A stretch of 64,000 nt of DNA from an uncultured Thermoanaerobaculia bacterium (GTDB lineage Bacteria; Acidobacteriota; Thermoanaerobaculia; Thermoanaerobaculales; Sulfomarinibacteraceae). The DNA lies in assembly GCA_964609835.1 (NCBI GenBank), contig CAZSTH010000002.1, positions 19,227 to 83,226 on the forward strand, given 5' to 3'. This document shows, in pieces, positions 54,901 through 63,434 of the stretch (the first letter of the stretch is position 1; the number at the start of each line of letters is the position of its first letter). The notes under the pieces were generated by a model. That model made no database searches. It was not told the origin of the DNA and was given only the letters and a program-made list of their open reading frames with translations. The position numbers were made by a program, and so were the translations under genes.

Positions 54901-55733
54901 AGCCGACCGGTGAGCACCTCGTGGAGCATCACCCCGACCGCGTACCAGTCGCTGGCCTCCGACAGCGGCTGCCCCTCCGCCTGCTCCGGCGCCATGTAGG
55001 CCACCGACCCGGTGATGCGGCGGCCGTCGGAGGCGCCCGATTCAGAACTCTCGGGAACCGCGCCGGGCGACTGCCGGAACATTTCACCGTCGCCGTGCGC
55101 CAGCTGCTGCACGAGGCCGAAGTCCAGCAGCACCACCGAGCCGTCGTTCCGCACCATGACGTTGGCCGGTTTGAGGTCGCGGTGGAGGATCCCCCGGTCG
55201 TGGAGCGCGATCACCCCTTCGGCGAGCTGACCGAAGACGTCGACAACGCGCACCCGGTCGACCTCCCCCGCCGCCACGTCCTGGGCTACTCCCGTGCCTG
55301 ATGCCTCGGCCGCGACGCCGTCTGCCGACGGCGCCGGCATGTCGATGGTCTCATCCTCGGTGGCGTCGTCGGTGCCCCGGGACACACCGGCCGATACCGT
55401 CGCGTCGTCGACCGGCTCCGCCGACCGCAGCGAACGTTTGAGGTCAACGCCGTCCGCCAGCAGCTCCATGGTGAAGAACCACTGCTCGCCGTCGGAGAAC
55501 AGCTCGTACAGCGGCACCAACCGGGGATGGACCACCTCGGCCAGGGTCCGAAACTCCTGTTTGAAACGGTAGATCGTTTCTGGATTGACCCTGCGCAAAG
55601 TCTTCAACGCCACCAGCGACTCGCGCTCACGATCGTAGGCCTCGTACACCACACCCATACCGCCGGCGCCGAGCCGGCGGAGAATACCGAACCTGTCGGT
55701 GCCACGAAAGCTCGGACGGCTTTCGTCACTCAT
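51939..55733 (-). CDS. Ser/Thr protein kinase - STAND/AAA ATPase - TPR-like giant protein (1264 aa)
   Basis: Kinase motifs: LGAGGMGVVYEA, VALKTL, HRDLKPANVMV, DFGL, YMAPE. P-loop: VHGRSGAGKTALIEHFL, plus YIDDLQWGD (Walker B-like). The long helical-repeat C-terminus includes HAFARWASHCPHNFRHK.... Confidence 0.9.
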   Translation of the reverse strand: MSDESRPSFRGTDRFGILRRLGAGGMGVVYEAYDRERESLVALKTLRRVNPETIYRFKQEFRTLAEVVHPRLVPLYELFSDGEQWFFTMELLADGVDLKRSLRSAEPVDDATVSAGVSRGTDDATEDETIDMPAPSADGVAAEASGTGVAQDVAAGEVDRVRVVDVFGQLAEGVIALHDRGILHRDLKPANVMVRNDGSVVLLDFGLVQQLAHGDGEMFRQSPGAVPESSESGASDGRRITGSVAYMAPEQAEGQPLSEASDWYAVGVMLHEVLTGRLPFAGSAAEILRSKLTRDPEDPRTLVPELPEDLGRLCLELLDREPERRPSGHEVLARFGGGATGTDGGDRRPVGPAPTPFVGRRRHLELLSSCHARAAGGELGICRVHGRSGAGKTALIEHFLDRLAARDGAVVLSGRCYEQESVPFKAIDSVLDDLTRYLLSLPPRELDGLLPANSAALARVFPATRRIDQVATTADDDQRALSLEELRAEAFAALREMLCAIGDRRPVVLYIDDLQWGDLDSAVLLRELVVAERLPRLLLLFSYRTEYLETSSCLRALQHLADAGRGRVFEETLEVDALTPQEALELATGLIGGDMPEAAAQAEWVALESGGGAFFVYELAHHLRAGFERFDVGEIHLDDVLWRRVQRLPEDTRRLLEVIAVAGRPVQLRHAQDVARLRTLPPEMVAALRSERLIRTTGPGLGDEAECYHDRIRESVVARLDPARIRNLHALFAAALERSGDAKSDLLAVHLEGAGELERAGSFYLAAADEAVQAVAFDRAESLFRKALEYAGDRAAKAAILERMVHFFTDLARFDDAYEVGREGTALFGIRLPEKFQPLSFVVDLVVARLRLGKRRVAEILEMPPMTDDQLAGAVRLIAALAKAAYQLRPELCVAVNAKMVNLCLKHGNTADSAIGYMVFGSIFLGGILGQYRRGYEFGRLSLDLVERYRSTHQEAEVNFVVGYFGSSWLRPAREAEALWQRAYSTGVETGDLFHTGCACCATVLSHFMRGVPLPEIDREASEFLELLQKFGLREPEGAVMAVRQATRNLRGETAGRLVLDDVGFDEKSFVAGLADFGSRHFAHYFYIVKMQLAYLWGEQEAAIAIADEADSFLKDSRGMLHAAEHRFYQALAVAGAAKDRRRRSELRTVRKAHRAFARWASHCPHNFRHKERVIAGELARLNGELDNALRCFEGACEAAAEHGYLHIEALGHQLAAAAVRDADPASADSHLAAARELYGRWGADAYSEWLARAMLSLEKESQN

Positions 55734-55891
55734 CGGGCGCGCCCTCCAGCAGCTTCGGGTCCATCACGAGGTGAACTGGCGCGACTGCGAGCGCAAAGTG
55801 TAGCAGAATTTCGCGACAAAGTCTCAGAAGTCCTCTCCCGACCTGGCTGCCTCCAGGTCGCGGTGGACCTCGCGCCGACCACCCAACCCGC

Positions 55892-56392
55892 TCAATCCGC
55901 CGACACGATCTCCCCGCAGCGCGGCATGCTGCCGTAGGGGTTGCCGATCTCGCCGTCCGGCTGCAGCCACGAGCGCTTGTGCATCGGGCAATAGGCCACC
56001 GCGGGACGCGAGCCCTCGGACACACCGCTGTGCCACCGCACCAGGGGCTTCGTCAGCTCGTAGAAGCCGTCGCGCGCCGCCTGCAGCGACTTCGCCTCGG
56101 CGATCCCATCCGCTGCGGCGATCATGCCGTCGAGCTTCTCCTCGACCACCGCAGCTGCGTCGCCGGAGGTTCCGGCCCGCTCGGCCGAGAAATCCGCCTG
56201 CAAGGACCGCAGCTCGGCGGCCATCGCCCTGCCGTGTTCGCTGACCCCGTCCATGGAGTCTCCGAGCAGCGCCAGCCGCACCGGCTCGTAGTGCTCCATC
56301 ACCTCGTTGAAGGTACTCGCCTCGGCGCTCGCCAGCAGAGCTCCGAGCACACCCACGATCAGAAACGTCATCCTCATTTTTTTCATCGGCAT
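55892..56392 (-). CDS. DUF3347-like periplasmic protein of metal-efflux operons
   Basis: There is a signal peptide. The C-terminal AYCPMHKRSWLQPDGEIGNPYGSMPRCGE matches the CPM...WL...I.NPY.G..M..CG motif. Confidence 0.7.
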   Translation of the reverse strand: MPMKKMRMTFLIVGVLGALLASAEASTFNEVMEHYEPVRLALLGDSMDGVSEHGRAMAAELRSLQADFSAERAGTSGDAAAVVEEKLDGMIAAADGIAEAKSLQAARDGFYELTKPLVRWHSGVSEGSRPAVAYCPMHKRSWLQPDGEIGNPYGSMPRCGEIVSAD

Positions 56393-56420
56393 CTCTTTAC
56401 CGCTGGATTGGTTGTTCAGT

Positions 56421-59400
56421 TCACGAGGTTTTTTCGAGTTTCCGTCCCTTCCAGATGAAAAAAATGGCAGGGTAGACCAGCAACTCGCCGAAGAACGAGG
56501 TCACGATGCCGCCGACCATCGGAGCGGCGATGCGGCGCATGACGTCGGCGCCGGTGCCGGTCGCCCACAGGATGGGCAGCAGGGCGATGAAGGTGGTCGC
56601 GACTGTCATCGCCTTGGGCCGGATCCGCTGCACGGCGCCGTGGTCGACCGCCTCCGTGAGATCCGCCCAGGTGGTCATCTGTCCCTTCGTCTTCCAGCGC
56701 TCGTACGCCAGGTCGAGGTAGAGGAGCATCACGGTGCCCATCTCCGCGTCGAGCCCCGCGAGCGCGATCAGTCCCACCCACACCGCGATCGACCAGTTGT
56801 AGCCGAGGAAGTACATGAGCCAGATGGCGCCGACCGCGGAGAAGGGCACGGCGAGCAGCACGATGGCGGTCTTGATCAGTGATTTCGTGTTGACGTAGAG
56901 GATCAGGAAGACCAGGAAGAGGGTGATCGGCACGATCATCAGCAGCCGCGCCTTCGCCCGCTGCATGTACTCGTACTGTCCCGACCAGAAGAGGGTGTAG
57001 CCGGGCGGCAGCTCGACCTTCTCCGCCACTTCTTTCTTCGCGCGTTCCACCCAGGTGCCGACATCGATGCCGCGGAGGTCGACATAGACCCAGGCATTGG
57101 GGCGCGCATTCTCCGATTTGATGGCCGGCGGGCCCTGGTGGATGCGGATGGTCGCCACCTGTGACAACGGCACCTGGGCGCCCGTCGGCGCGGCGACCAG
57201 GGTCTCCGCCAACGCCTCGACGTTGTCGCGCAGCTCGCGCGGATAGCGCACGTTGATCGGGTAGCGCTCGAGGCCCTCGACCGTCCAGCTCACGTTCATG
57301 CCGCCGATCGCCGACATGATCACGTCCTGGACATCACCCACCAAAATCCCGTAGCGGGCCGCCGCTTCGCGATCGATGTCGAAGTCGAGGTAGCTGCCGC
57401 CCATCACCCTTTCGGCGTAGGCCGACAGCGTGCCCTCGAGCGGCTTCACCACCGCCTCCACCTCCTTGCCGAGGCGCTCGAGTTCGGCGAGGTCGGGGCC
57501 TCCGATCTTGATCCCAACCGGGGTCTTGATCCCGGTGGAAAGCATGTCGATCCGGGTCTTGATGGGCATCGTCCAGGCGTTGGTCAGACCGGGAAACTGG
57601 ATCGCGCGGTCGAGCTCCTCGATCAGTTTTTCCTTTGTCATACCCGGCCGCCACTCGGACGGGTCCTTGAGCACGATGGTGGTCTCGATCATCGACAGCG
57701 GCGCCGGGTCGGTGGCGGTCTCGGCGCGTCCGATCTTGCCGAGCACCGACTCCACCTCGGGGAAGGAGGCGATGATCTTGTCGGTCTGCTGCAGGAGCTC
57801 CTTCGCCTTGGTAATCGAAATGCCGGGAAAGGTGGTCGGCATATAGAGCAGATCGCCCTCCCACAAGGGCGGCATGAACTCCGACCCGATGTGTTGGAGG
57901 GGGAACCACACCGAGGCCACCGCAGCGATCGCCAACACCACAACCAGCCAACGCCACTTGAGGGCGAGGTTGAGGACCGGCGTGTAGATGAATCGCAGGA
58001 GGCGCGACACGGGGTGTTTCTTCTCGGAATGGATCTTGCCACGCACGAACCAGTACATGAGGACCGGGATCACGGTGACCGCGACGACCGACGCCATCGC
58101 CATCGAGTAGGTCTTGGTGAAGGCGAGCGGTTCGAAGAGCCGCCCCTCCTGCGCCTGCAAGGTGAAGACCGGCATGAAAGAGACCGTGATCAGGAGCAGG
58201 CTGAAGAACAGAGTCGGACCGACCTCCTGCGCCGAACGCAGGATGATCTCGAAGTGGCTGCGCTCGCCGCGCCACTCCTCGCAGTGCTTGTGGGCGTTCT
58301 CGACCATGATCACGGCCGCGTCGACCAGCACGCCGATCGAGATCGCGATGCCCCCCAACGACATGATGTTGGCGCCGAGGCCCTGGATCCGCATGACGAT
58401 GAAGGCGAGCAGGATCGAGATCGGGATCGAGATGATCGCCACAAAGGCCGAGCGGAAGTGGAAGAGGAAGATGATGCACACCAGGGCGACGATGATCGAT
58501 TCCTCGATCAGGGTGTCGGTCAGGGTCTCGATCGAATCGTGGATCAGCCCGGTGCGGTCGTAAGCCACCGAGATCTCGACGTCGTCCGGGAGCCCGGCTT
58601 CGAGCTCGGCCAGCCGCTCTTTGACCCGTGCGATGGTCGACAGCGTGTCGGCGCCCGACCGCACCACCACGATGCCGCCGACCGTCTCACCTTCGCCGTT
58701 CCAATCGGCGAGACCGCGCCGGATCTCGGGCCCGATCGTGATGTTGGCGACCGCGGACAGGGAGAGCGGCGTGCCCCCGGGGCCCACCGCGAGCGGGATC
58801 TGCTCGAGGTCGCGGATGTTCTTGACATAGCCGAGACCGCGCACCATGTACTCGCGCTCGCCCATCTCGACCAGCCGCCCGCCGACGTCGCTGTTGGAGC
58901 GCTGGATCGCCTTCTTGACGGCGGCCAGGGTGACACCGTAGGCGCGAAGCTTCACAGGGTCGACCTCGACCTGGTACTGGCGGACAAAGCCGCCGAGGGA
59001 GGCGACCTCCGAGACCCCGTCGACCGACATCAGACCGTACTTGAGGTACCAGTCCTGGTAGGAGCGCAGCTCGGCGAGCGAGCGGTCGGGCGAGTTGAGC
59101 ACGTACATGAAGGCCCACCCGACGCCGGTGGCGTCGGGGCCGAGCTGCGGCGTCACCCCGTCGGGCAGTTGCCCGGAAAGACCGTTGAGGTATTCGAGCA
59201 CCCGCGACCGCGCCCAGTAGAGGTCGGTGCCGTCCTCGAAGATCACGTAGACGAAGGAGAAACCGAAGAAGGAGTAGCCGCGAACATCCTTGGCAAAGGG
59301 CACCGCCAGCATCTTCGAGGCGATCGGATAGGTCAGCTGGTCCTCGACCACCTGCGGCGCCTGGCCGGGGTACTTGGTGTAGACGATGACCTGGACGTCT

Positions 59401-59528
59401 GACAGGTCGGGGATCGCGTCGAGCCGGGTGGTCGAAACCGCCCACCACCCGCCGAGGATGGCGAACAGCATCCCGACCATCACGATGAACTGGTTTCTGA
59501 GGGACCACTCGATGATGCGGTTCAGCAT
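56421..59528 (-). CDS. cusA: CusA/CzcA-family heavy-metal efflux RND pump
   Basis: MLNRIIEWSLRNQFIVMVGMLFAILGGWWAVSTTRLDAIPDLSDVQVIVYTKYPGQAPQVVEDQLTYPI...DLYWARSRVLEYLN. GAGGAG lies upstream of ATG 59528. Confidence 0.9.
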   Translation of the reverse strand: MLNRIIEWSLRNQFIVMVGMLFAILGGWWAVSTTRLDAIPDLSDVQVIVYTKYPGQAPQVVEDQLTYPIASKMLAVPFAKDVRGYSFFGFSFVYVIFEDGTDLYWARSRVLEYLNGLSGQLPDGVTPQLGPDATGVGWAFMYVLNSPDRSLAELRSYQDWYLKYGLMSVDGVSEVASLGGFVRQYQVEVDPVKLRAYGVTLAAVKKAIQRSNSDVGGRLVEMGEREYMVRGLGYVKNIRDLEQIPLAVGPGGTPLSLSAVANITIGPEIRRGLADWNGEGETVGGIVVVRSGADTLSTIARVKERLAELEAGLPDDVEISVAYDRTGLIHDSIETLTDTLIEESIIVALVCIIFLFHFRSAFVAIISIPISILLAFIVMRIQGLGANIMSLGGIAISIGVLVDAAVIMVENAHKHCEEWRGERSHFEIILRSAQEVGPTLFFSLLLITVSFMPVFTLQAQEGRLFEPLAFTKTYSMAMASVVAVTVIPVLMYWFVRGKIHSEKKHPVSRLLRFIYTPVLNLALKWRWLVVVLAIAAVASVWFPLQHIGSEFMPPLWEGDLLYMPTTFPGISITKAKELLQQTDKIIASFPEVESVLGKIGRAETATDPAPLSMIETTIVLKDPSEWRPGMTKEKLIEELDRAIQFPGLTNAWTMPIKTRIDMLSTGIKTPVGIKIGGPDLAELERLGKEVEAVVKPLEGTLSAYAERVMGGSYLDFDIDREAAARYGILVGDVQDVIMSAIGGMNVSWTVEGLERYPINVRYPRELRDNVEALAETLVAAPTGAQVPLSQVATIRIHQGPPAIKSENARPNAWVYVDLRGIDVGTWVERAKKEVAEKVELPPGYTLFWSGQYEYMQRAKARLLMIVPITLFLVFLILYVNTKSLIKTAIVLLAVPFSAVGAIWLMYFLGYNWSIAVWVGLIALAGLDAEMGTVMLLYLDLAYERWKTKGQMTTWADLTEAVDHGAVQRIRPKAMTVATTFIALLPILWATGTGADVMRRIAAPMVGGIVTSFFGELLVYPAIFFIWKGRKLEKTS

Positions 59529-59628
59529 GGTGTCTCCTCTTCATCATGAAAGGAGCAGGGGCGCATGGGAGTGGAGGAGTCGAGATGAAAGTGAATCGAT
59601 CTTCCGAATTTCGAGTTCCTGGTTTTTA

Positions 59629-59791
59629 ACGCAAAGACGCAAAGGCGCGAAGGCGCAGGGGTTTTTCTTGTGTCATCACAAATGCCCGTGGGTCCGTTGC
59701 GATGGCAATTCCTCATTCCTGATTCCTCATTCCTAATTCGACCCGATGTTCCCCGACTGCGTGCGATGAAAATTCCGAATTCCGAATTCTG
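59629..59791. repeat. cluster of short tandem arrays in the cusB-cusA spacer
   Basis: Three arrays: acgcaaag/acgcaaag/gcgcgaag/gcgcaggg at 59629-59660; attcctc/attcctg/attcctc/attccta/attcgac at 59708-59742; aattccg/aattccg/aattctg at 59771-59791. Confidence 0.9.
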
Positions 59792-59797
59792 TCCGTT

Positions 59798-61510
59798 TCA
59801 CGACCCACCTTCCCCGCGCTTTTCCGCGATCATCTTCTGGATCGCCGCCCGGAGGTTCGACTCGGAGTCGATCAGGAACTGCGCCGAGGTCACGACCTCG
59901 TCGCCGTCGGCGAGACCCTCGAGAATCTGGACCGAACCGTCGGCACGGGGGCCGAGGACGACCTCCCGCGGCGCGAACCGACCGCCGCCGAGGGCGACGA
60001 TGACGAGGTCCCGCTGACCCGTGCGGAGCACCGCCTCGGCCGGCACCGTGAGGGCGTCGGCCGCCGCCACCGGTTCGAACACGACGGAAGCGTACATCCC
60101 GACCCGCAGACGACCGTCGCGGTTGGGCACGTCGAGGGTCAGCTGCATGGTGCGCGTCTTTTCGGACACCTCGGGCTCGATGTAGCGCACGCGGCCGCGA
60201 TAGGTCATGCCCGGGAAGTAACTCAAGGAGATGGTCGCCGGACTGCCGGTGTCGATCCACGGCAGCTGGTTGTCGAAGACCTCGACCGTCAACCACAGAT
60301 TCGAAAGATCGGCGATATGGAGCAGCTCCATTCCGGGTTGAGTCGCCATGCCCTCGAGGCCCGGCATCCTCATCATGATGACGCCGCTGGCCGGCGCCAG
60401 TACCTGCAGGGTGCGGAAAACCTCGCCGGTCTCCTCGAGCTCGGCGATCTGCTCCGGGCTGACATCCCAGTAGGCGAGGCGCTGGCGGGCCGCCTCGACA
60501 AGGGCGTCGGCGCGTTTTCTGGTGTCATCGGGGGCGGATTCCAGCTGGCGCGAGTAGCGCATTGCCGACAGCAGTTCCTGTTCGGTCTGTACCAGCTCGG
60601 GCGCGTAGATCTCGAACAGCGGCTCGCCCTTCGCAACCGGCTGGCCGATATAATTGACATAGGCCTTTTCGATGAAGCCCGGGTACTTGGTGGTCACCGA
60701 GACCATCCGTTCCTGGTCGTAGTCGAGAGAGCCCACGGTGCGGATCTCGTGGCGGATGTCTTTTCGACTGACGAACCGGGTGACGACGTTCATGTTCTGC
60801 TGCACGACCGGGTCGATGGTGACCACGGCCCCCTGGGCGGACGGGGCCTCGGCCTCGTCTGCATAGACCGGCACATAGTCCATACCCATGTCGTCCTTGC
60901 GCGGTACCGGCGAGGTGATGCCCGGATCCATCGGGTTGCGATAGAAGAGGACCTCCCGCGCTCCCGTTGATCCACCGTGCCCGTCACCGTCCTCTCCCTT
61001 CACCTCCACAAGGCCCATCCCGCAGATCGGGCACTGGCCTGCTTCCTCTTCGAGAATGTTCGGGTGCATCGGGCAGGTCCACAGCTCCTGCCCGTGCCCG
61101 TTTCCGTGTCCGTGCCCAATCACGCCGCCGTCCTTCACCGGCACCAGGTCCATCTGGCAGATCGGGCAGGTCCCGGGTTCCTCCTGCAGCACGTCCGGGT
61201 GCATCCCGCAGGTCCACAACCCGCTCCCGCCCACATCCCCGTCCCCGAGGGACGCCCGCTCGACCCCCAACCACCCGTCCACCGGGCTCACGCCGAAAGG
61301 ATCCGCCACCAGCAGGAGCGTGACCACCGCACCCACCAACACCCACGCCATTGCCCTCAGGGTGGCGCCACCGAAGTCACCGGAACGGCGGGCGGCATGG
61401 ATGCCGCCCCTACCCATTTCAGAGCCGTCGTCGCGCACGGTGTATGGGCGGGACCTGTCCCGCCCGATGTCCCGCCCGCGCAGACCCTCACCTGAGTTCG
61501 TCTTCTTCAT
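59798..61510 (-). CDS. cusB: CusB-like periplasmic adaptor with two N-terminal CPxH...CPICxM metal-binding modules
   Basis: LWTCGMHPDVLQEEPGTCPICQMDLVPV and LWTCPMHPNILEEEAGQCPICGMGLVEV are separated by GHGHGNGHG. The MFP core follows (FYRNPMDP..., GQPVAKGEPLFEIYAPEL...). ATG 61510 overlaps the cusC stop (ATGA); an internal start, for example at MAWVLVG, is also possible. Confidence 0.85.
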   Translation of the reverse strand: MKKTNSGEGLRGRDIGRDRSRPYTVRDDGSEMGRGGIHAARRSGDFGGATLRAMAWVLVGAVVTLLLVADPFGVSPVDGWLGVERASLGDGDVGGSGLWTCGMHPDVLQEEPGTCPICQMDLVPVKDGGVIGHGHGNGHGQELWTCPMHPNILEEEAGQCPICGMGLVEVKGEDGDGHGGSTGAREVLFYRNPMDPGITSPVPRKDDMGMDYVPVYADEAEAPSAQGAVVTIDPVVQQNMNVVTRFVSRKDIRHEIRTVGSLDYDQERMVSVTTKYPGFIEKAYVNYIGQPVAKGEPLFEIYAPELVQTEQELLSAMRYSRQLESAPDDTRKRADALVEAARQRLAYWDVSPEQIAELEETGEVFRTLQVLAPASGVIMMRMPGLEGMATQPGMELLHIADLSNLWLTVEVFDNQLPWIDTGSPATISLSYFPGMTYRGRVRYIEPEVSEKTRTMQLTLDVPNRDGRLRVGMYASVVFEPVAAADALTVPAEAVLRTGQRDLVIVALGGGRFAPREVVLGPRADGSVQILEGLADGDEVVTSAQFLIDSESNLRAAIQKMIAEKRGEGGS

Positions 61511-62865
61511 TGCCCGTTCTCCTCGTCCAACAGCCCTGCAACCGCTCCCTCGAGCCTGGCGTGAGCGATCTTCAGATCTGCCCGAGCCCGCTCGGCGGCG
61601 ATGCGCACTTGGAGCAGGACCCGTTCGGCGTCGAGCAGGTCGAGGGCGTCGGCGGTGCCGACTGAATAGGCCGACTCGGCCGACTCCAACGACGCCTCGG
61701 CCTGCGTCACCAGCACCTCGTCGTAGAGCCTCACCTGTTCGCGGAGGAGCGGGATGCGGTGGATCAGTTCCCCGAGGGCACGGTCGATGGACGCCGCAGC
61801 CTCGCGTCGAGCCTCGTCGGCAGCGAGCACGCGCTGGACGCTTTCCTCGATCTCGGCGTCGACCCTCGAACGCCACACCGGCACCGACATTCCGGCCGAC
61901 AACCCGAGCACGTCATCGCCGTTGTTCTCGGGGGGGTTCAGCCTGCCGGCGGCATCGTTTCTGCGCTCGACCGCCCCATAATTGAGACCGAAGAAGATGT
62001 CCGGTTTGGCGCCCTTGCGAGCCAGCTCGGTGCGAATCGAAGCCGCCTCTGCCGCCGCCGCAGCGGCCCTCATCTCCGGACGAGCCGTCATCGCCCGCTC
62101 GCGCAGCGCCACCGGGTCGAGCTCGACTTCGCTCGCGATCGGGAGCGGCTCCGCGACATCGACCACTACCGACTGCGGTCGGTCGCGCATGGCGTTGAGC
62201 CTGGCCACGACCGCCGCCCGGCGCTCGTCCACACCGAGCAGTCGCGCCCTCACCCTCGTGATCTCGGCATCGAGCTTGATCACCTCTTGATTGCGCCCGA
62301 CCCCCGCAGCGTAGCGGGCCAGCGCGAGCTCTGTGTAGTGCGCGAGAGTGGCCACGTCATCGGCCAGCACTCGCTGCTCGGCATCGAGGAACTGCAGCTC
62401 CAAATACCCGATGCGAGCCTCAGTCAGGGCCTCGAGGCGGGCCGAATCGAGCCGTCCGCGCACCACCGCAGCATCCCACAACGCCGCCTTTTCCGCCCTC
62501 TCCAGCGTGCCGAACCACGGCAGTCGCTGGCTGATGTTGATCGCCGCATGCTGAGGCCCGGTGCGGGTCTGTGGCGGCAGCACCCACCAGGTCAGGGTCG
62601 CTACCGGATCGGGCGGACCTTTCACCTGTGGGGCTCGCTGCTCGGCTGCCGCGGCTTCTGCCACCAGGCGTGCGATTCGAGGGTTGCGGTCGAGCACCTC
62701 GAGCAGCAACTGCCGGAGCTGGTCGTCGCTGACGCCGCCGGCGATCTCGCCGGCTGGGTCCGCGGCGGGGCTCGGTCGGGAATCCGCACGCGCTGCACCG
62801 CCAACCACGAAGGTGAGCACTGCTGTCGAAATCACCAGAACTATTGACAACTGTTGTCTTTTCAT
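61507..62865 (-). CDS. cusC: CusC/TolC-family outer-membrane efflux protein
   Basis: Signal peptide MKRQQLSIVLVISTAVLTFVVGGAARA. Typical OEP two-repeat helical pattern: LRQLLLEVLDRNPRIA..., AEAASIRTELAR.... Confidence 0.85.
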   Translation of the reverse strand: MKRQQLSIVLVISTAVLTFVVGGAARADSRPSPAADPAGEIAGGVSDDQLRQLLLEVLDRNPRIARLVAEAAAAEQRAPQVKGPPDPVATLTWWVLPPQTRTGPQHAAINISQRLPWFGTLERAEKAALWDAAVVRGRLDSARLEALTEARIGYLELQFLDAEQRVLADDVATLAHYTELALARYAAGVGRNQEVIKLDAEITRVRARLLGVDERRAAVVARLNAMRDRPQSVVVDVAEPLPIASEVELDPVALRERAMTARPEMRAAAAAAEAASIRTELARKGAKPDIFFGLNYGAVERRNDAAGRLNPPENNGDDVLGLSAGMSVPVWRSRVDAEIEESVQRVLAADEARREAAASIDRALGELIHRIPLLREQVRLYDEVLVTQAEASLESAESAYSVGTADALDLLDAERVLLQVRIAAERARADLKIAHARLEGAVAGLLDEENGQ

Positions 62866-62935
62866 CTCCTTGACCCTTTCTCTCGGGAAAAGATGTTCTT
62901 CCCCTGTCGACCAGCGATTCGCGCAGCGAATTGGC

Positions 62936-63340
62936 CTAGGTCAAGAAGGCACAGGAGGTGAGAAAGATGGCGCGCGGCGGCGGCCTGTCGACGCGGTCAG
63001 GGGACGAGGACTCGGCGTGAATGTCACCGAAATGCGCCGCCTCAGACAGCCCGCAGCTCAGGAGAACGAGGTCAGGGCCCTCGACGGCAGCGACCGCCGG
63101 TGGGGCGTCGCGCCCGCAATCGCAGACGGCTAGATCAGGGGCCGCAGCAGTCGGCGCCGCTTCTTCACCATCTCCGCAGCAACGCGCGGGCTCGGCCGCG
63201 GAAACCGGCGCTTTCATGGCGGAGCACGACACTCCGCGATCGCAGTCACCACACGTACCGGGCGACGGGGCTGCCAGCAACAGCCCCGGGAACACAAGCC
63301 CGATCACCAGCACCTCGAAACGAGGGTCGACGCGCCTCAT
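62936..63340 (-). CDS. possible small Cys-rich exported protein upstream of cusC
   Basis: Hydrophobic N-terminus RFEVLVIGLVFPGLLLAAPSPG, then CGDCDRGVSC, RCCGDGEE and VCDCG. There is no clear SD and GC3 is lower than in the neighbours, so coding status is uncertain. Confidence 0.35.
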   Translation of the reverse strand: MRRVDPRFEVLVIGLVFPGLLLAAPSPGTCGDCDRGVSCSAMKAPVSAAEPARCCGDGEEAAPTAAAPDLAVCDCGRDAPPAVAAVEGPDLVLLSCGLSEAAHFGDIHAESSSPDRVDRPPPRAIFLTSCAFLT

Positions 63341-63434
63341 GGAACTGGGAACAGTGCCACCCGGGTCGCGATTCCGTCAATCTCAGGCCAACCAGCTCCT
63401 CGGTGCTAGACTCCTGACACCGAGGAGGGAGAGG

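Noticed and set aside
50160-55301. 1019-aa (50160-53219) and 692-aa (53223-55301) plus-strand ORFs
   Set aside because: They are antisense to the CXXCH protein and the Ser/Thr kinase-STAND gene. Both are Arg-rich shadow frames.
57891-59402. 503-aa plus-strand ORF inside cusA, and 362-aa ORF 61759-62847 inside cusC
   Set aside because: They are antisense to clearly identified efflux genes. Their composition is Asp/Arg/His/Gly-rich and low in complexity.
59629-59791. Tandem arrays as a possible CRISPR array
   Set aside because: The repeat units are only 6-8 nt and directly abutting, with no spacers. No cas genes are present in the window.
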